A DNA stretch of 64,000 nt, taken from Planctomycetota bacterium. Lineage in GTDB: Bacteria > Planctomycetota > B15-G4 > JADJEK01. Shown here piece after piece: positions 28,135-38,400 of the stretch. Numbering within the stretch: the first letter of the stretch is position 1; each line of letters begins with the position of its first letter. The DNA lies in assembly GCA_044225365.1 (NCBI GenBank), contig JBGAIQ010000011.1, positions 64,001 through 128,000 on the forward strand, written 5' to 3'. A program made the position numbers and the translations under genes. A model generated the notes under the pieces. It ran no database searches. It had not been told where the DNA came from and saw only the letters and a list, made by a program, of their open reading frames with translations.

Positions 28135-29841
28135 ATGCGATCGCATCGATTCGAAGTCGTCTCGCTCTCCGCCGTCGCCCTCCTCATCCCCAGCGCGATC
28201 GCCGGCGACCGCATCACGGGTCGCTCGTTCGCCACGCGTTCCGAGGTCATCGCGCGGCACGGCATGGTGGCGACGAGTCAGCCGCTCGCGACGCAAGCCG
28301 CGCTCGACGTCCTGAAGGCCGGCGGTAGCGCCGTGGACGCCGCGATCGCTGCGGATGCGATGCTCGGACTCACCGAACCCGTGAGCAGCGGCATTGGCGG
28401 CGACATCATGGCGATGGTCTGGGACGCGAAGAAGCAGGAGCTCGTCGGATTGCTCGGCATCGGGCGTTCGCCGCGCTCGCTCACGCTCGACGAATTCGAG
28501 AAGCGCGGATTGAAGAAGATCCCGAGCTACGGGCCCCTGCCCGTCAGCGTGCCGGGCTGCGTCGATGGCTGGTTCCAGCTCCACGAACGCTACGGGAAGC
28601 TCCCGATGAAGGACGTGCTCGCGCCGGCGATTCGCTACGCACGTGAAGGATTTCCGGTCAGCGAACTCATCGCCTACTACTGGGGACGAAACGTGAAGTC
28701 GCTCGGGAAGTACGAAGGCGTCAACGACACCTATCTCATCGACGGACATCCCCCGGCGAAGGGTGACGTGTTCAAGAACCCGCGTCTCGCCGCGACGCTC
28801 GAGAAGATCGCCGCGGGCGGTCGCGATGCGTTCTACAAGGGCGAGATCGCGGAGAAGATCGCGGCGTACATGAAGCGTCAGGGTGGCTTCCTCACTACGG
28901 AGGACCTCGCGTCGCACACTTCGGAGTGGGTGAAGCCGATCACGTCGAACTACCGCGGGTACGACGTCGCGGAGCTTCCGCCGCCTACGCAGGGGATCAC
29001 CGCACTGCAGATCCTGAATCTCCTGAAGGGCTACGACTTGAAGTCGATGGGCTTCTTCAGCGCCGATCACATTCACGCATTCGTCGAAGCGAAGAAGCTC
29101 TCGTTCGAGGATCGAGCTGCGTTGTACGACGATCCCGAGTTCACGAAGGTGCCCGTCGAAGGGCTCGTATCGGACTCGTACGCGAACAAGCGCCGCGCGT
29201 TGATCGACATGAACCGGGCCGCGCAGCGCTACGACGTCGGCAATCCCGCACTCGAGCACGGAGACACGGTCTATCTCACGGCCGCCGACGAGGCGGGGAA
29301 CATGGTCTCGTTCGTGCAGTCGAACTATCGCGGAATGGGTTCGGGCATGTGTCCCGAGGATCTCGGGTTCATCCTGCAAGATCGCGGCGAACTCTTCGAT
29401 CTCACGCCCGGACGCGCGAACACCTATGCGCCGAGCAAACGCCCGTTCCACACGATCATCGCGGCTTTCATCATGAAGGACGGGAAGCCGTGGGTGTCGT
29501 TCGGCGTGATGGGCGGCGCGACCCAGCCGCAGGTGCACGCGCAGATCGTCTCGAACCTGATCGACTTCGGGATGAACCTGCAGGAGGCAGGCGATGCGCC
29601 ACGCATCCTGCACAGCGGATCCTCCGAACCGACGGGCGAGCGCATGGAGGACGGCGGTGTCGTCTCACTGGAGTCCGGCGCAACGATGGAGACGCAGCGC
29701 GAGTTGATGCGGCGCGGGCACAAGCTGCAAGGCAACGTCGGCGACTTCGGCGGATATCAAGCGATCCTGTGGGATGCGAAGCGGGGCGTCTACTTCGGCG
29801 CGTCGGAGTCCCGCAAGGACGGCCAGGCCGCCGGCTGGTAG
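28135..29841 (+). CDS. ggt: Gamma-glutamyltransferase
   Basis: Signal peptide. GGSAVDAAIA, SGIGGD, VSVPG, GDTVYL (catalytic Thr), KRPFHTI, GVMGG and SESRKDG motifs. Confidence 0.95.
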   Translation: MRSHRFEVVSLSAVALLIPSAIAGDRITGRSFATRSEVIARHGMVATSQPLATQAALDVLKAGGSAVDAAIAADAMLGLTEPVSSGIGGDIMAMVWDAKKQELVGLLGIGRSPRSLTLDEFEKRGLKKIPSYGPLPVSVPGCVDGWFQLHERYGKLPMKDVLAPAIRYAREGFPVSELIAYYWGRNVKSLGKYEGVNDTYLIDGHPPAKGDVFKNPRLAATLEKIAAGGRDAFYKGEIAEKIAAYMKRQGGFLTTEDLASHTSEWVKPITSNYRGYDVAELPPPTQGITALQILNLLKGYDLKSMGFFSADHIHAFVEAKKLSFEDRAALYDDPEFTKVPVEGLVSDSYANKRRALIDMNRAAQRYDVGNPALEHGDTVYLTAADEAGNMVSFVQSNYRGMGSGMCPEDLGFILQDRGELFDLTPGRANTYAPSKRPFHTIIAAFIMKDGKPWVSFGVMGGATQPQVHAQIVSNLIDFGMNLQEAGDAPRILHSGSSEPTGERMEDGGVVSLESGATMETQRELMRRGHKLQGNVGDFGGYQAILWDAKRGVYFGASESRKDGQAAGW

Positions 29842-29998
29842 CAACACGTCGAGCGTGCCGATTCGGCACAGCCCGAATTTCATCTCGCAGACCGTTCGAT
29901 CGCGTCGTTCTCAGGGACGAAGTCGCGGAACCAATTGCACGGCGCGCACGTTCCCCGACACCGGCACTCTTCTTGCGCACGCTCCGTCGGAGGATCCC

Positions 29999-30871
29999 AT
30001 GCTCACCATTCGCGACCTCGTGAAGGTCTACCCCGGTCCCGTCGCCGCACTCCAAGGCGTACACCTCGAAGTCGAGAAGGGCATGTTCGGACTTCTCGGT
30101 CCGAATGGCGCCGGCAAGTCGACGCTCATGAAGATCGTCGCGGGTCTGCTCGAATCGACCTCGGGCACCGCAATGCTCGACGACGTCGATATCGTGAAAG
30201 AGCCCGAGAAGCTGCGCAATCGGCTCGGCTACCTGCCGCAGGAGTTCGGTTTCTACCCGCATCTCAATGGGCTCGAGATGCTGACGCACCTCCTGAAATT
30301 GAAGGGCGTGAGCGGCGACGGCGGGCCGCGCGGACTCGCCAAGACATTGCTCGAACAGGTCGGACTCGGCGATGCGATGACGCGCAAGGTGAAGGGATAC
30401 TCGGGCGGCATGCGTCAGCGCCTCGGGATCGCGCAAGCCGTCGCGGGCGACCCACGCCTCATCATCGTCGACGAACCGACAGCGGGCCTCGATCCCGAGG
30501 AGCGCCTGCGGTTCTATCGCATCCTCGCGGAGCTCGCCGAGCGGTGCATCGTCGTGCTCTCGACCCACATCGTCGAGGACGTCGCGACGCTCTGCCCGCG
30601 CTTCGCCCTGCTCTCTCACGGCCGCATCGTCGCCGACACGTCGCCCACGCAGGCACGCGAATCGCTCGTTGGCAAGATCTTCGAAGGCTCCGTCTCCGCG
30701 AGCGACGCCGCCGATCTCACCGCGCGCCACGCCGTGACGCAGGCCGTGCTCGTCGAGGGCAAGAACCGCGTACGAGTGCATGAACCCTCGGGCCGTGCTC
30801 CGGTCGGATTCATCGCGGTCGAACCGACGCTCGAAGACGCCTACTTCGTGCTCATGCGTCAGGCGGCGTGA
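29999..30871 (+). CDS. ABC transporter ATP-binding protein
   Basis: GPNGAGKST, YSGGMRQR, IIVDEPTAGLDP and LSTH motifs. GGAGG RBS before ATG 29999. Confidence 0.95.
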   Translation: MLTIRDLVKVYPGPVAALQGVHLEVEKGMFGLLGPNGAGKSTLMKIVAGLLESTSGTAMLDDVDIVKEPEKLRNRLGYLPQEFGFYPHLNGLEMLTHLLKLKGVSGDGGPRGLAKTLLEQVGLGDAMTRKVKGYSGGMRQRLGIAQAVAGDPRLIIVDEPTAGLDPEERLRFYRILAELAERCIVVLSTHIVEDVATLCPRFALLSHGRIVADTSPTQARESLVGKIFEGSVSASDAADLTARHAVTQAVLVEGKNRVRVHEPSGRAPVGFIAVEPTLEDAYFVLMRQAA

Positions 30872-33800
30872 AAGAGCGTGATGCGATGAACTTCTCACGA
30901 GTCCTCGAGATCGCACGCGTCGAGCTTCGCTTCAATCTGAAGCGACCGTTGTTCTGGTTCCTCTCCGTTCTGATCACCTTGTTCGCCTTCGGCATGTCGT
31001 CGGGAAATCTCCGGGTCACCGCGGGCGACTCGACGACGGGCGGCAAGAAGCAGCTCATCACTTCGATGTTCAAGGCGGCGGAGATCTTCTCCGTGATCGA
31101 TCTCGTCCTGTTCTCGCTCTTCCTCGCGATCGTCGCGGGAATGCCGATCCTGCGCGACGAGGAACTGAAGACTTCCGAACTCCTGCGGTCCACACCGCTG
31201 AAGCCGAAGGAGTACGTCTTCGGAAAGTACCTTGGCGTGATCCTCGTCTACGTGGCCGCGATGGTCGTGCAGGTCGGCGTGACGATGTTGTTCAATCACG
31301 CATTCGCGGGCGCCGCCGACGCCGAGTTCCTCGGTCCGCTGAAGGTGCAGAACTACGTCGTTCCCGAGATCGCGTTCGTCCTGCCGATGTGCCTGTTCTT
31401 CGCGGCGGTCTCGTTCTCGATCGGCTCGCTCACGAAACGGCCGGCGCTCGTCTTCCTGTCGCCGATCGTGCTCCTCGTCGCCGTCATCGTGTTCGTGTTC
31501 GACAAGGAATCCGCGACGACCCGGCCCTGGGTGAACGAGTTGCTCTTGTTCCTCGATCCGTCGGGATATCGCTGGCTCAACGAGACGTGGCTGCGCGTCG
31601 ATCCCGGCGTCGACTTCCTCAACAACGAGGCGATCGGTTTCGATTCGAAGTTCGTGCTCTCGAGATTGGGGCTCGTCGCGATCTCGCTCGGGCTCGTCTA
31701 CTTCACGGCGTTCCGTTTCGAAGCGCGGGAACGAAGGAAGGGAAGAGCGACGGCATCACCGCTTCTTCTTCCGACCCGGGAACGCATCGAGATCGAGGAA
31801 ACGAAGCCCATCCCGGCGATGACCGCTCGGGCGCCGAGTTCGATCGCGCAATTCCTCGCCGTACTGCGACTCGAGGCCGGCGCGATGCTGAAGCATCCCG
31901 CACTGTGGCTCTTCGTGCCGCTCTTCGCACTCGAGATCGAGGGCAACATCCAGGAGAGACACACATTCCTCGAGGCTTCGACGCTGATCACGCCCGGCAT
32001 CGCGGCCGTCGGATCGCTCTCGATCCTCGCGTGGATGGGCGCGTTGCTGCTCCTCTTCTTCATGGTGGAGTCGCTGCATCGCGAGGCGAGCGAGCGGCTC
32101 TCGGGCATCGTCTACGCGACGCCCGTCGGCACTCGCGCCATGCTGTTCGCAAAGGTGGTCGCGAGTTCGTCCGTCGCGATCGCTGTCTTCGTCGGATGTT
32201 TCCTTGCGTTCGCGATCGCCATCCTGGTGAAGGGTCGAGTACCCCTCTCGATCGGACCCTTCGTCTTCTACTGGGGGATCCTCCTGCTCCCCACCTATTT
32301 GCTCTGGTCGGCGTTCGTCGCAGCGATGTTTGGGCTGACGGGCACGAGGATCGGCGCGTACGCGCTCAGCCTCTTCGCGATCGCATTCACGTTCGTCGAG
32401 GCGCTCTTCTTCGGCCACATGTCGTGGGTGTTCAACTGGATCTTCGCGTTGAGCCCGATCACGTGGTCGGACTTCGGCGCGCTCGAATTGAATCGCGACG
32501 CACTGATCCAGAATCGCGTCCTCGTCCTGATCGCCGCCGTTCTCTTCACGTCCCTCGCCGTGCTGTGGTTCCCCCGAACCGAGCGAGACTCGACGCGCAC
32601 GCTGCTGCGACTTCGACCGAAGCCCCTGCTCATGGGAATGCTACGACTCTCCTACGCGATCGTCCCGCTCCTCGTGCTCGGCGGTTATCTCCACCATCAG
32701 ATCCAGCGCGGATTCCAGGGGAGCGTCGCACAGAAGGCTGCAAAGGACTACTGGCGGCGCAACGTGCAGACCTATACGGACGACGTGACGCCGGACCTCG
32801 AGCACGTCGACATCGCGGTCGATCTGTTTCCCGAGCGTCGCGAACTCACGAGCAAGGGGCGACTCGACCTCGTGAACAACGAGAAGGAGCCGATGCGCGA
32901 GATCCTGATGACGCCGGGCTTCGACTGGCGCGATCTCGAGTGGACGCTGAACGGTGCGAAGGCCGCGCCCGAGAATCGCGCGGGCCTTCACATCCTCCAT
33001 CTCGACAAGCCGCTCGCTCCGGGCGAGAGGGCGAGCGTCGGGTTCTCGTTCTCCGCGCAGATCCCGCACGGGTTCACCAAGAACGGCGGCGGCGACATGG
33101 AGTTCATCACTCCGTCGTCGGTCGTGCTCACGGCCTTCTCGACCAACTTGATTCCCCGGCTCGGCTTCGTCGAAGGAGCGGGAGTCGACGAGGACAACAA
33201 GTCGGATTCGAAGGAGTATCCCGACGACTTCTACAAGCAGCTCCTGCGCTCGGGATTCGGCAGTGGCGTTCCGATGACCGTGAAGACCGTGATCTCGGGG
33301 CCTGCCGATTTCGTGTTGAACGGCGTCGGAGTGAAGACGTCCGACATCGCGAATGGCGATCGGCACACGGCTACGTGGGAGACCGAAGAGCCCGTTCGAT
33401 TCTTCAACGTCGTCGCGGGGAAGGATCTCGTTGAGACCAAGGGCGAGGGCGTCGCGCTGTGGCATCGCAAGGATCACGAGTACAACCTGAAGGAGATGAT
33501 GGACGCGCTGAACGGTGCGCGGAAGTACTTCTCCGAGTGGTTCTATCCGTACCCTTGGAAGGAGTTGAAGGTCACCGAGTTCGCGGGCCACGCGAGCTAC
33601 GCGCAGGGTTTCCCGAGCAACATCTCGTTCTCCGAAGCGATCGGCTTCACGCTCGACAGTTCACCGGAGTCGAATCTCGCGTTCCTCGTCACCGCCCATG
33701 AATCCGCTCACCAATGGTGGGGCAACCTCCTCACGCCGGGGCAGGGGCCCGGCACCGACATCCTTTCCGAAGGGATGGCTCACTTCTCGACGGCGCTGCT

Positions 33801-34467
33801 GATCGGGCAGGTGAAGGGCGACTACGAGCGGATGGAGTTCCTGAAGCGCATCGAGCAGAAGTACGCCGATGATCGGCAGGTCGACTCCGAGCGCCCGATG
33901 GTCAAGATCGACGGCAGCAAACCGGGCGACACCACCTGTACCTACGACAAGCCCGGTTTCGTGATGTACATGCTGATGGAGCTGATCGGTCGCGAGGCGA
34001 TGCTCCAGGGCTGCCACGACTTCATCGCGAAGAACCGCACGAGCCGTGACTATCCCGCGCTCCAGGATTTCATCGAGCACATGCGAGGGTATGCCAACGA
34101 TGTCGCGGCGTATGACGCGTTCGCCGATCAGTGGTTCTTCCATGTCGTCGTGCCGCGACTCAAGGTGCTCGACGCGCAGAAGGCGCCGCCGTCGGATGGA
34201 CCGTGGATGGTGAAGGGCACGCTCGAGAATCGCGGGACCGGACGCATGAAGGTCGCGCTCGCGGCCACGACCGGCGAGCGGTGGGACGACAAGCGAGCCC
34301 AGAAGCCCGAGTACAAGGACGCCCGCAAGGTCGTCGAAATCGGCGCGGGTGAGAAGGTCGCCTTCGAGATCCCGTGCGACTTCGAACCGAGCGAGATCGT
34401 CGTCGACCCCGACGTGAAGCAGCTCATGCTGTTCCGCAAGGAAGCGCGGGCCAAGCTCGGGCGGTGA
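30868..34467 (+). CDS. ABC-2 type permease fused to M1-family (gluzincin) aminopeptidase
   Basis: Two multi-TM permease halves, then a soluble domain with AHESAHQWWG...LSEGMA (HExxH + downstream Glu) and YDKP. Overlaps the ATPase stop. Confidence 0.9.
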   Translation: MKERDAMNFSRVLEIARVELRFNLKRPLFWFLSVLITLFAFGMSSGNLRVTAGDSTTGGKKQLITSMFKAAEIFSVIDLVLFSLFLAIVAGMPILRDEELKTSELLRSTPLKPKEYVFGKYLGVILVYVAAMVVQVGVTMLFNHAFAGAADAEFLGPLKVQNYVVPEIAFVLPMCLFFAAVSFSIGSLTKRPALVFLSPIVLLVAVIVFVFDKESATTRPWVNELLLFLDPSGYRWLNETWLRVDPGVDFLNNEAIGFDSKFVLSRLGLVAISLGLVYFTAFRFEARERRKGRATASPLLLPTRERIEIEETKPIPAMTARAPSSIAQFLAVLRLEAGAMLKHPALWLFVPLFALEIEGNIQERHTFLEASTLITPGIAAVGSLSILAWMGALLLLFFMVESLHREASERLSGIVYATPVGTRAMLFAKVVASSSVAIAVFVGCFLAFAIAILVKGRVPLSIGPFVFYWGILLLPTYLLWSAFVAAMFGLTGTRIGAYALSLFAIAFTFVEALFFGHMSWVFNWIFALSPITWSDFGALELNRDALIQNRVLVLIAAVLFTSLAVLWFPRTERDSTRTLLRLRPKPLLMGMLRLSYAIVPLLVLGGYLHHQIQRGFQGSVAQKAAKDYWRRNVQTYTDDVTPDLEHVDIAVDLFPERRELTSKGRLDLVNNEKEPMREILMTPGFDWRDLEWTLNGAKAAPENRAGLHILHLDKPLAPGERASVGFSFSAQIPHGFTKNGGGDMEFITPSSVVLTAFSTNLIPRLGFVEGAGVDEDNKSDSKEYPDDFYKQLLRSGFGSGVPMTVKTVISGPADFVLNGVGVKTSDIANGDRHTATWETEEPVRFFNVVAGKDLVETKGEGVALWHRKDHEYNLKEMMDALNGARKYFSEWFYPYPWKELKVTEFAGHASYAQGFPSNISFSEAIGFTLDSSPESNLAFLVTAHESAHQWWGNLLTPGQGPGTDILSEGMAHFSTALLIGQVKGDYERMEFLKRIEQKYADDRQVDSERPMVKIDGSKPGDTTCTYDKPGFVMYMLMELIGREAMLQGCHDFIAKNRTSRDYPALQDFIEHMRGYANDVAAYDAFADQWFFHVVVPRLKVLDAQKAPPSDGPWMVKGTLENRGTGRMKVALAATTGERWDDKRAQKPEYKDARKVVEIGAGEKVAFEIPCDFEPSEIVVDPDVKQLMLFRKEARAKLGR

Positions 34468-34487
34468 GTCGGGAGAAAGGCGAAGCG

Positions 34488-34928
34488 ATGGGTTCGTACC
34501 TTGCCCGTGGGACGGTGCTGTCATGCATCCTCGCGTTCGTCATCGGCTGTTCGACATGGGACGATCGCCGCGAGCGCGAAGAGGCGAACTACTCGGACGC
34601 CATGGATTCGTACGGGTCCGGTAGCGACCGTGACGACGTCCTATTGCGCTTCCCGAAGACGAGTGGATTTTTCGATGGGATGCGGCTCTACGGGGTCGGC
34701 AGGCCCGAGGGCGGCTGGGAAGCCGATCTACCGCTCGACCGCGGCAGCATCGCGTTTCGTTACGAACGGAAGTATGGCGTCGTCATTCGCGCGATCGATG
34801 TCATCGAGCGTCCGCGATTTCGCAAGCCGTACTGGTTCGCGGACATCACTCCCGGGATCTGGTGGGATTACCTGCTCTTCGATGACGAGCTGACCCTGCG
34901 CTACGTCCACCGCCGATTCATCGATTGA
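34488..34928 (+). CDS. Hypothetical lipoprotein
   Basis: ATG 34488 with upstream GGAG. Lipobox-like FVIGC. Non-repetitive 146-aa sequence. Confidence 0.65.
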   Translation: MGSYLARGTVLSCILAFVIGCSTWDDRREREEANYSDAMDSYGSGSDRDDVLLRFPKTSGFFDGMRLYGVGRPEGGWEADLPLDRGSIAFRYERKYGVVIRAIDVIERPRFRKPYWFADITPGIWWDYLLFDDELTLRYVHRRFID

Positions 34929-34932
34929 GATT

Positions 34933-35402
34933 CCGGCGGTCACGGCTGCGATCCGCCGCCGCCGGTTTGGCGGTTGCGGCTGCGATCCGCCGCCGCCGGT
35001 TCGCGCCGGGCTGGATCACGGCTTGGCGGTCACGGCTGCGATCCGCCGCCGCCGGTTTCGGCGGTCACGGCTGCGATCCGCCGCCGCCGGTTTCGGCGGT
35101 TACGGCTGCGATCCGCCGCCACCGGTTTCGGCGGTCACGGCTGCGATCCGCCGCCGCCGGTTTCGGCGGTCACGGCTGCGATCCGCCGCCGCCGGTTTCG
35201 GCGGTCACGGCTGCGATCCGCCGCCGCCGGTTTCGGCGGTCACGGCTGCGATCCGCCGCCGCCGGTTTCGGCGGTCACGGCTGCGATCCGCCGCCGCCGG
35301 TTTCGGCGGTCACGGCTGCGATCCGCCGCCGCCGGTTTGGCGGTTACGGCTGCGATCCGCCGCCACCGGTTTCGGCGGTTACGGACGCGGTCCGTGTCCA
35401 CC
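34933..35402. repeat. Tandem REP-like array C (12 copies of a 35-bp unit plus one degenerate copy)
   Basis: Unit GGCGGTCACGGCTGCGATCCGCCGCCGCCGGTTTC. Cores at 34945, 34979, 35035, 35070, 35105, 35140, 35175, 35210, 35245, 35280, 35315 and 35349. Same GGCTGCGATCCG core as the RAYT-flanking arrays. Confidence 0.95.
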
Positions 35403-35485
35403 AGGGGCGTGGAGGTTGGAGGCGGAAACGAAACGACCGCGCCGCGGCGAGGGCCGGGCGCGGTCGAAGGGAGGGAGTCGAGCGA

Positions 35486-38400
35486 TCAGTTCCGGTTGGC
35501 GCCGGTTGCCGTGTTCGTTGCGGCGGCCGGGGTGGCTGGCGAGGGAGCGGAGGTCTTGCTCACGTCGCCGGGAAGGGCCTTCTCGTCGAGGAACGAGAAG
35601 ATCCGCTCGAGCAGAGCACGCCGGTCATCCGCACTCTTCACGTCCGCGAGGTAGAAGCCGAGCACCACCGCGCGGTAGTCCTTGCCGGTCTCCTTGTCGG
35701 TCCGCGCGATCGTCGCACCCACCCAGCGGCCGTCGTCGAGCACGCAGAGCGGCTCGGCACCCTCGACGCCCACCATCGCCTCGAACACCATGATCGACTC
35801 ACCCTTTCGAGCGGGCTCGATCTCGACCGACTTGCTGCCGAGCTTCTGCGAGCCAATCGTCTTGAAGGTGTACGAGTAGTTCCAACGGAAACCGTACTGC
35901 AGGCCGAGCGTGTCGCGATACAGCGGCGTCTCCCACACCTCTCGGGCGACATCGGGCGTCGTGAGGAGCATGCGGCCACCGTTCTTCAGGTAGCGCATGA
36001 GCGTGCGACCGTCCGGACCGATCGAGGTCGGCGCCGAGGCGCCGCTCGCGACGTAGGCGTAGGGGTTGCCGCCATTCGCGGCTCCCGAGTGATTGTCGAC
36101 GACGATGATCCCGCTCTGCCAGTTCTTGACGAGACCGAACCAGTCCTCGCCGTACGGGCGGGGATCGGTGATGACGTCGAACTTCTTCGAGAGCGCGCCG
36201 AGATCGGCTCGCCAGTTCTTCGCGAAATCCCACTTCAGCATGCGATCGCGGAACTCGTCCTTGACGACGACCTTGCCGAGATCCTCCCGATCGCCCTTCG
36301 TGACGTGATTCACGCCGAGCAGCGCGATCGGCTGCGGATTCTCGAGCTTCTTCAGTGGGAACTTCTGACACAGACCGGCCCACGCCGAGTCCTGCGAGAA
36401 CCGCAGCTTGAGATACTCCTTGTCGAAACCGAGGTACGCCGGGAAGTACAGCGACACGCCATGCGAACGGTTGTTGCTGACCATGTGGCCTTCGGCGACG
36501 ACCGGACCATTCTCGACGAAGTCCGTGGTGATGAACGTATTGTCGAAGTCCTTGAAGACCCGTTTCTCCTGCTCGTCCTCGAAACGATAATCGATCTGCG
36601 AAACCGCCACCATCTTCCCCGTCTTCTGATCCTTCAGCATCGGCGGGAATTGGATGTGAGCGACGTAGTTGCCCTTCTCATCCGGCCCGGTCAGCGGCGT
36701 CTTCGCCCACTTCGATTTGAAGACGAACGGCGCGAGATTCCGCGGTGGCGATTGCCAATCATTGAAGCCCCACACGACCGCTCCGGGCGATCGACGCTTC
36801 ACGACGAATTCGTTGATGAGCTTGTACTGGTCGACGGGATAACCGATGAGGTCGGTGACCGCGGTGCAGGCCGCCTTCAATTCGGCGTCGTCCTTCGCCT
36901 TCGCGGCGAGACGCGTCGCGAAGTCCTGAACGTCGATGAGACGGCCGAACTTTCGCGTGTCGCGGACGATCTCCTCCGTGACTTCACCGAACAATTGCGG
37001 GCGCTTCTCCATTTGCTTCGCGAGGTTCTCGACGGCCGTGCGCAAGTCGCCCATGCGATCGAGGCGGATCGCGGACTTCGTTTCCGCGAACATCGACATG
37101 TCGCCAAAGGTCTGTGAACCCTTTGGCGCGTAGCTCTTCACGTAGTTCTCGACCATCGACTTCGCGAACGAGAGCGGCGTCGACTCCGGGTACTTGACGA
37201 GGAATTGTAGATACTCGTCGTACGGCATGCCGTCGCCGGGCTCGGTCTCCTGCGATGCGACGAGGTAATCGACGACGTCCTTCAACTCGTAGCCGACTTC
37301 GGCCGTGGCCATGAGGCACGCGTCGAAGTCGAGGATGTCGATCTTCTTCTTACCATTGTCGAGCTTCGAGACGATTTGCTCGATGCCCTCGCGGACCTGC
37401 GGCAGGTCCATTCCGTGCTTCGAATTGTCGTCGTAGGAAACGCCCGACCAACCCGCGCCGTGATTCCAGATCACGAGCGCGTAGTTCTCGGCGGGATAAT
37501 GTTCGACGGCCCACTTGCCGAAATCCGCGAGGCTCTCCTTGCGACCGCCATCGGCCGGTCCCGCGTTGGCCTTCACGACGGACTGCACGCGCACCATGTC
37601 GTCGTCCTTCAAGACGTAATAACGCGCGTTGCCCGGATCGTTGTCGAGTCCGAAATAGAACTGCGTCTCGCGTTCCTGATAGGGATTCATGAAGTAGCCG
37701 CCGTTCGACTTCGGCTTCTTCTCGATGCCGTGATAGCGAACGAGTTCGACGACGAGATTCATGTCGCGCGTGGAGCCGACCTTCTCCATCTCGTTGACGT
37801 CCTCGATGCCTGCGGGCTCGAGATTGTTCGCGGCGTTGAGGAACACCATGACGGTCCACTTCTTCTTCTTGCTGACGTGGCTCGCCACGGTCAACGACTG
37901 AAGCGGACTCACGAGCTGCGCGGGAATCGCTTTGACGAGCCGCAGTTCCTCCGGACCCTGATACGTGTACTTCTTTCCGTATTCGAGGATCGCGTCGGCG
38001 ATCTCCGATTCGATGTTCGGAATCGTGAGCAATTCCTCACGCGTCGTCTTGTTGAGATCGACGACCGGATAGGGCGGCGATGGCGGGACCTCGCCGAATT
38101 CATAGGAAATCGGACCGGACGACGGATCGAACCAGTACGCCGGGAATTGATCCGGCGGTACGTCCTTCCAAGTTTGCTTCGCGAGATCGAGCGCCTCATG
38201 TCCGGCCGTACCGTCGATCCGTGTCGTCTCGTCGGCAAGACGCTTCGCGAGATCCTTTGCGAACTCCGCGTCCGAGATGAGCCCCTTTCGCATCGCGAAT
38301 CGGTAATTCATTTCGAGCGTGTTCAGCAGATTGGAATATGCAGCCGACGCCGGGAACTTCTTGTCCTTCACGACCTCGAGGACGTCCTCGATGCCCTGGA

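Noticed and set aside
35005-35022. Family-2 REP inserted inside array C
   Set aside because: It matches GCCGGGCTGGAGCCCGGC at 16 of 18 positions, but part overlaps the array's own TCACGGC motif, so chance cannot be excluded.
34933-35402. CRISPR array (35-bp periodicity); same question for 309-566 and 1691-1866
   Set aside because: Units are head-to-tail with no unique spacers, and no cas genes are present in the window.
34925-37117. 730-aa and overlapping ORFs starting in array C
   Set aside because: Translations of the repeat and the antisense shadow of the clostripain gene.
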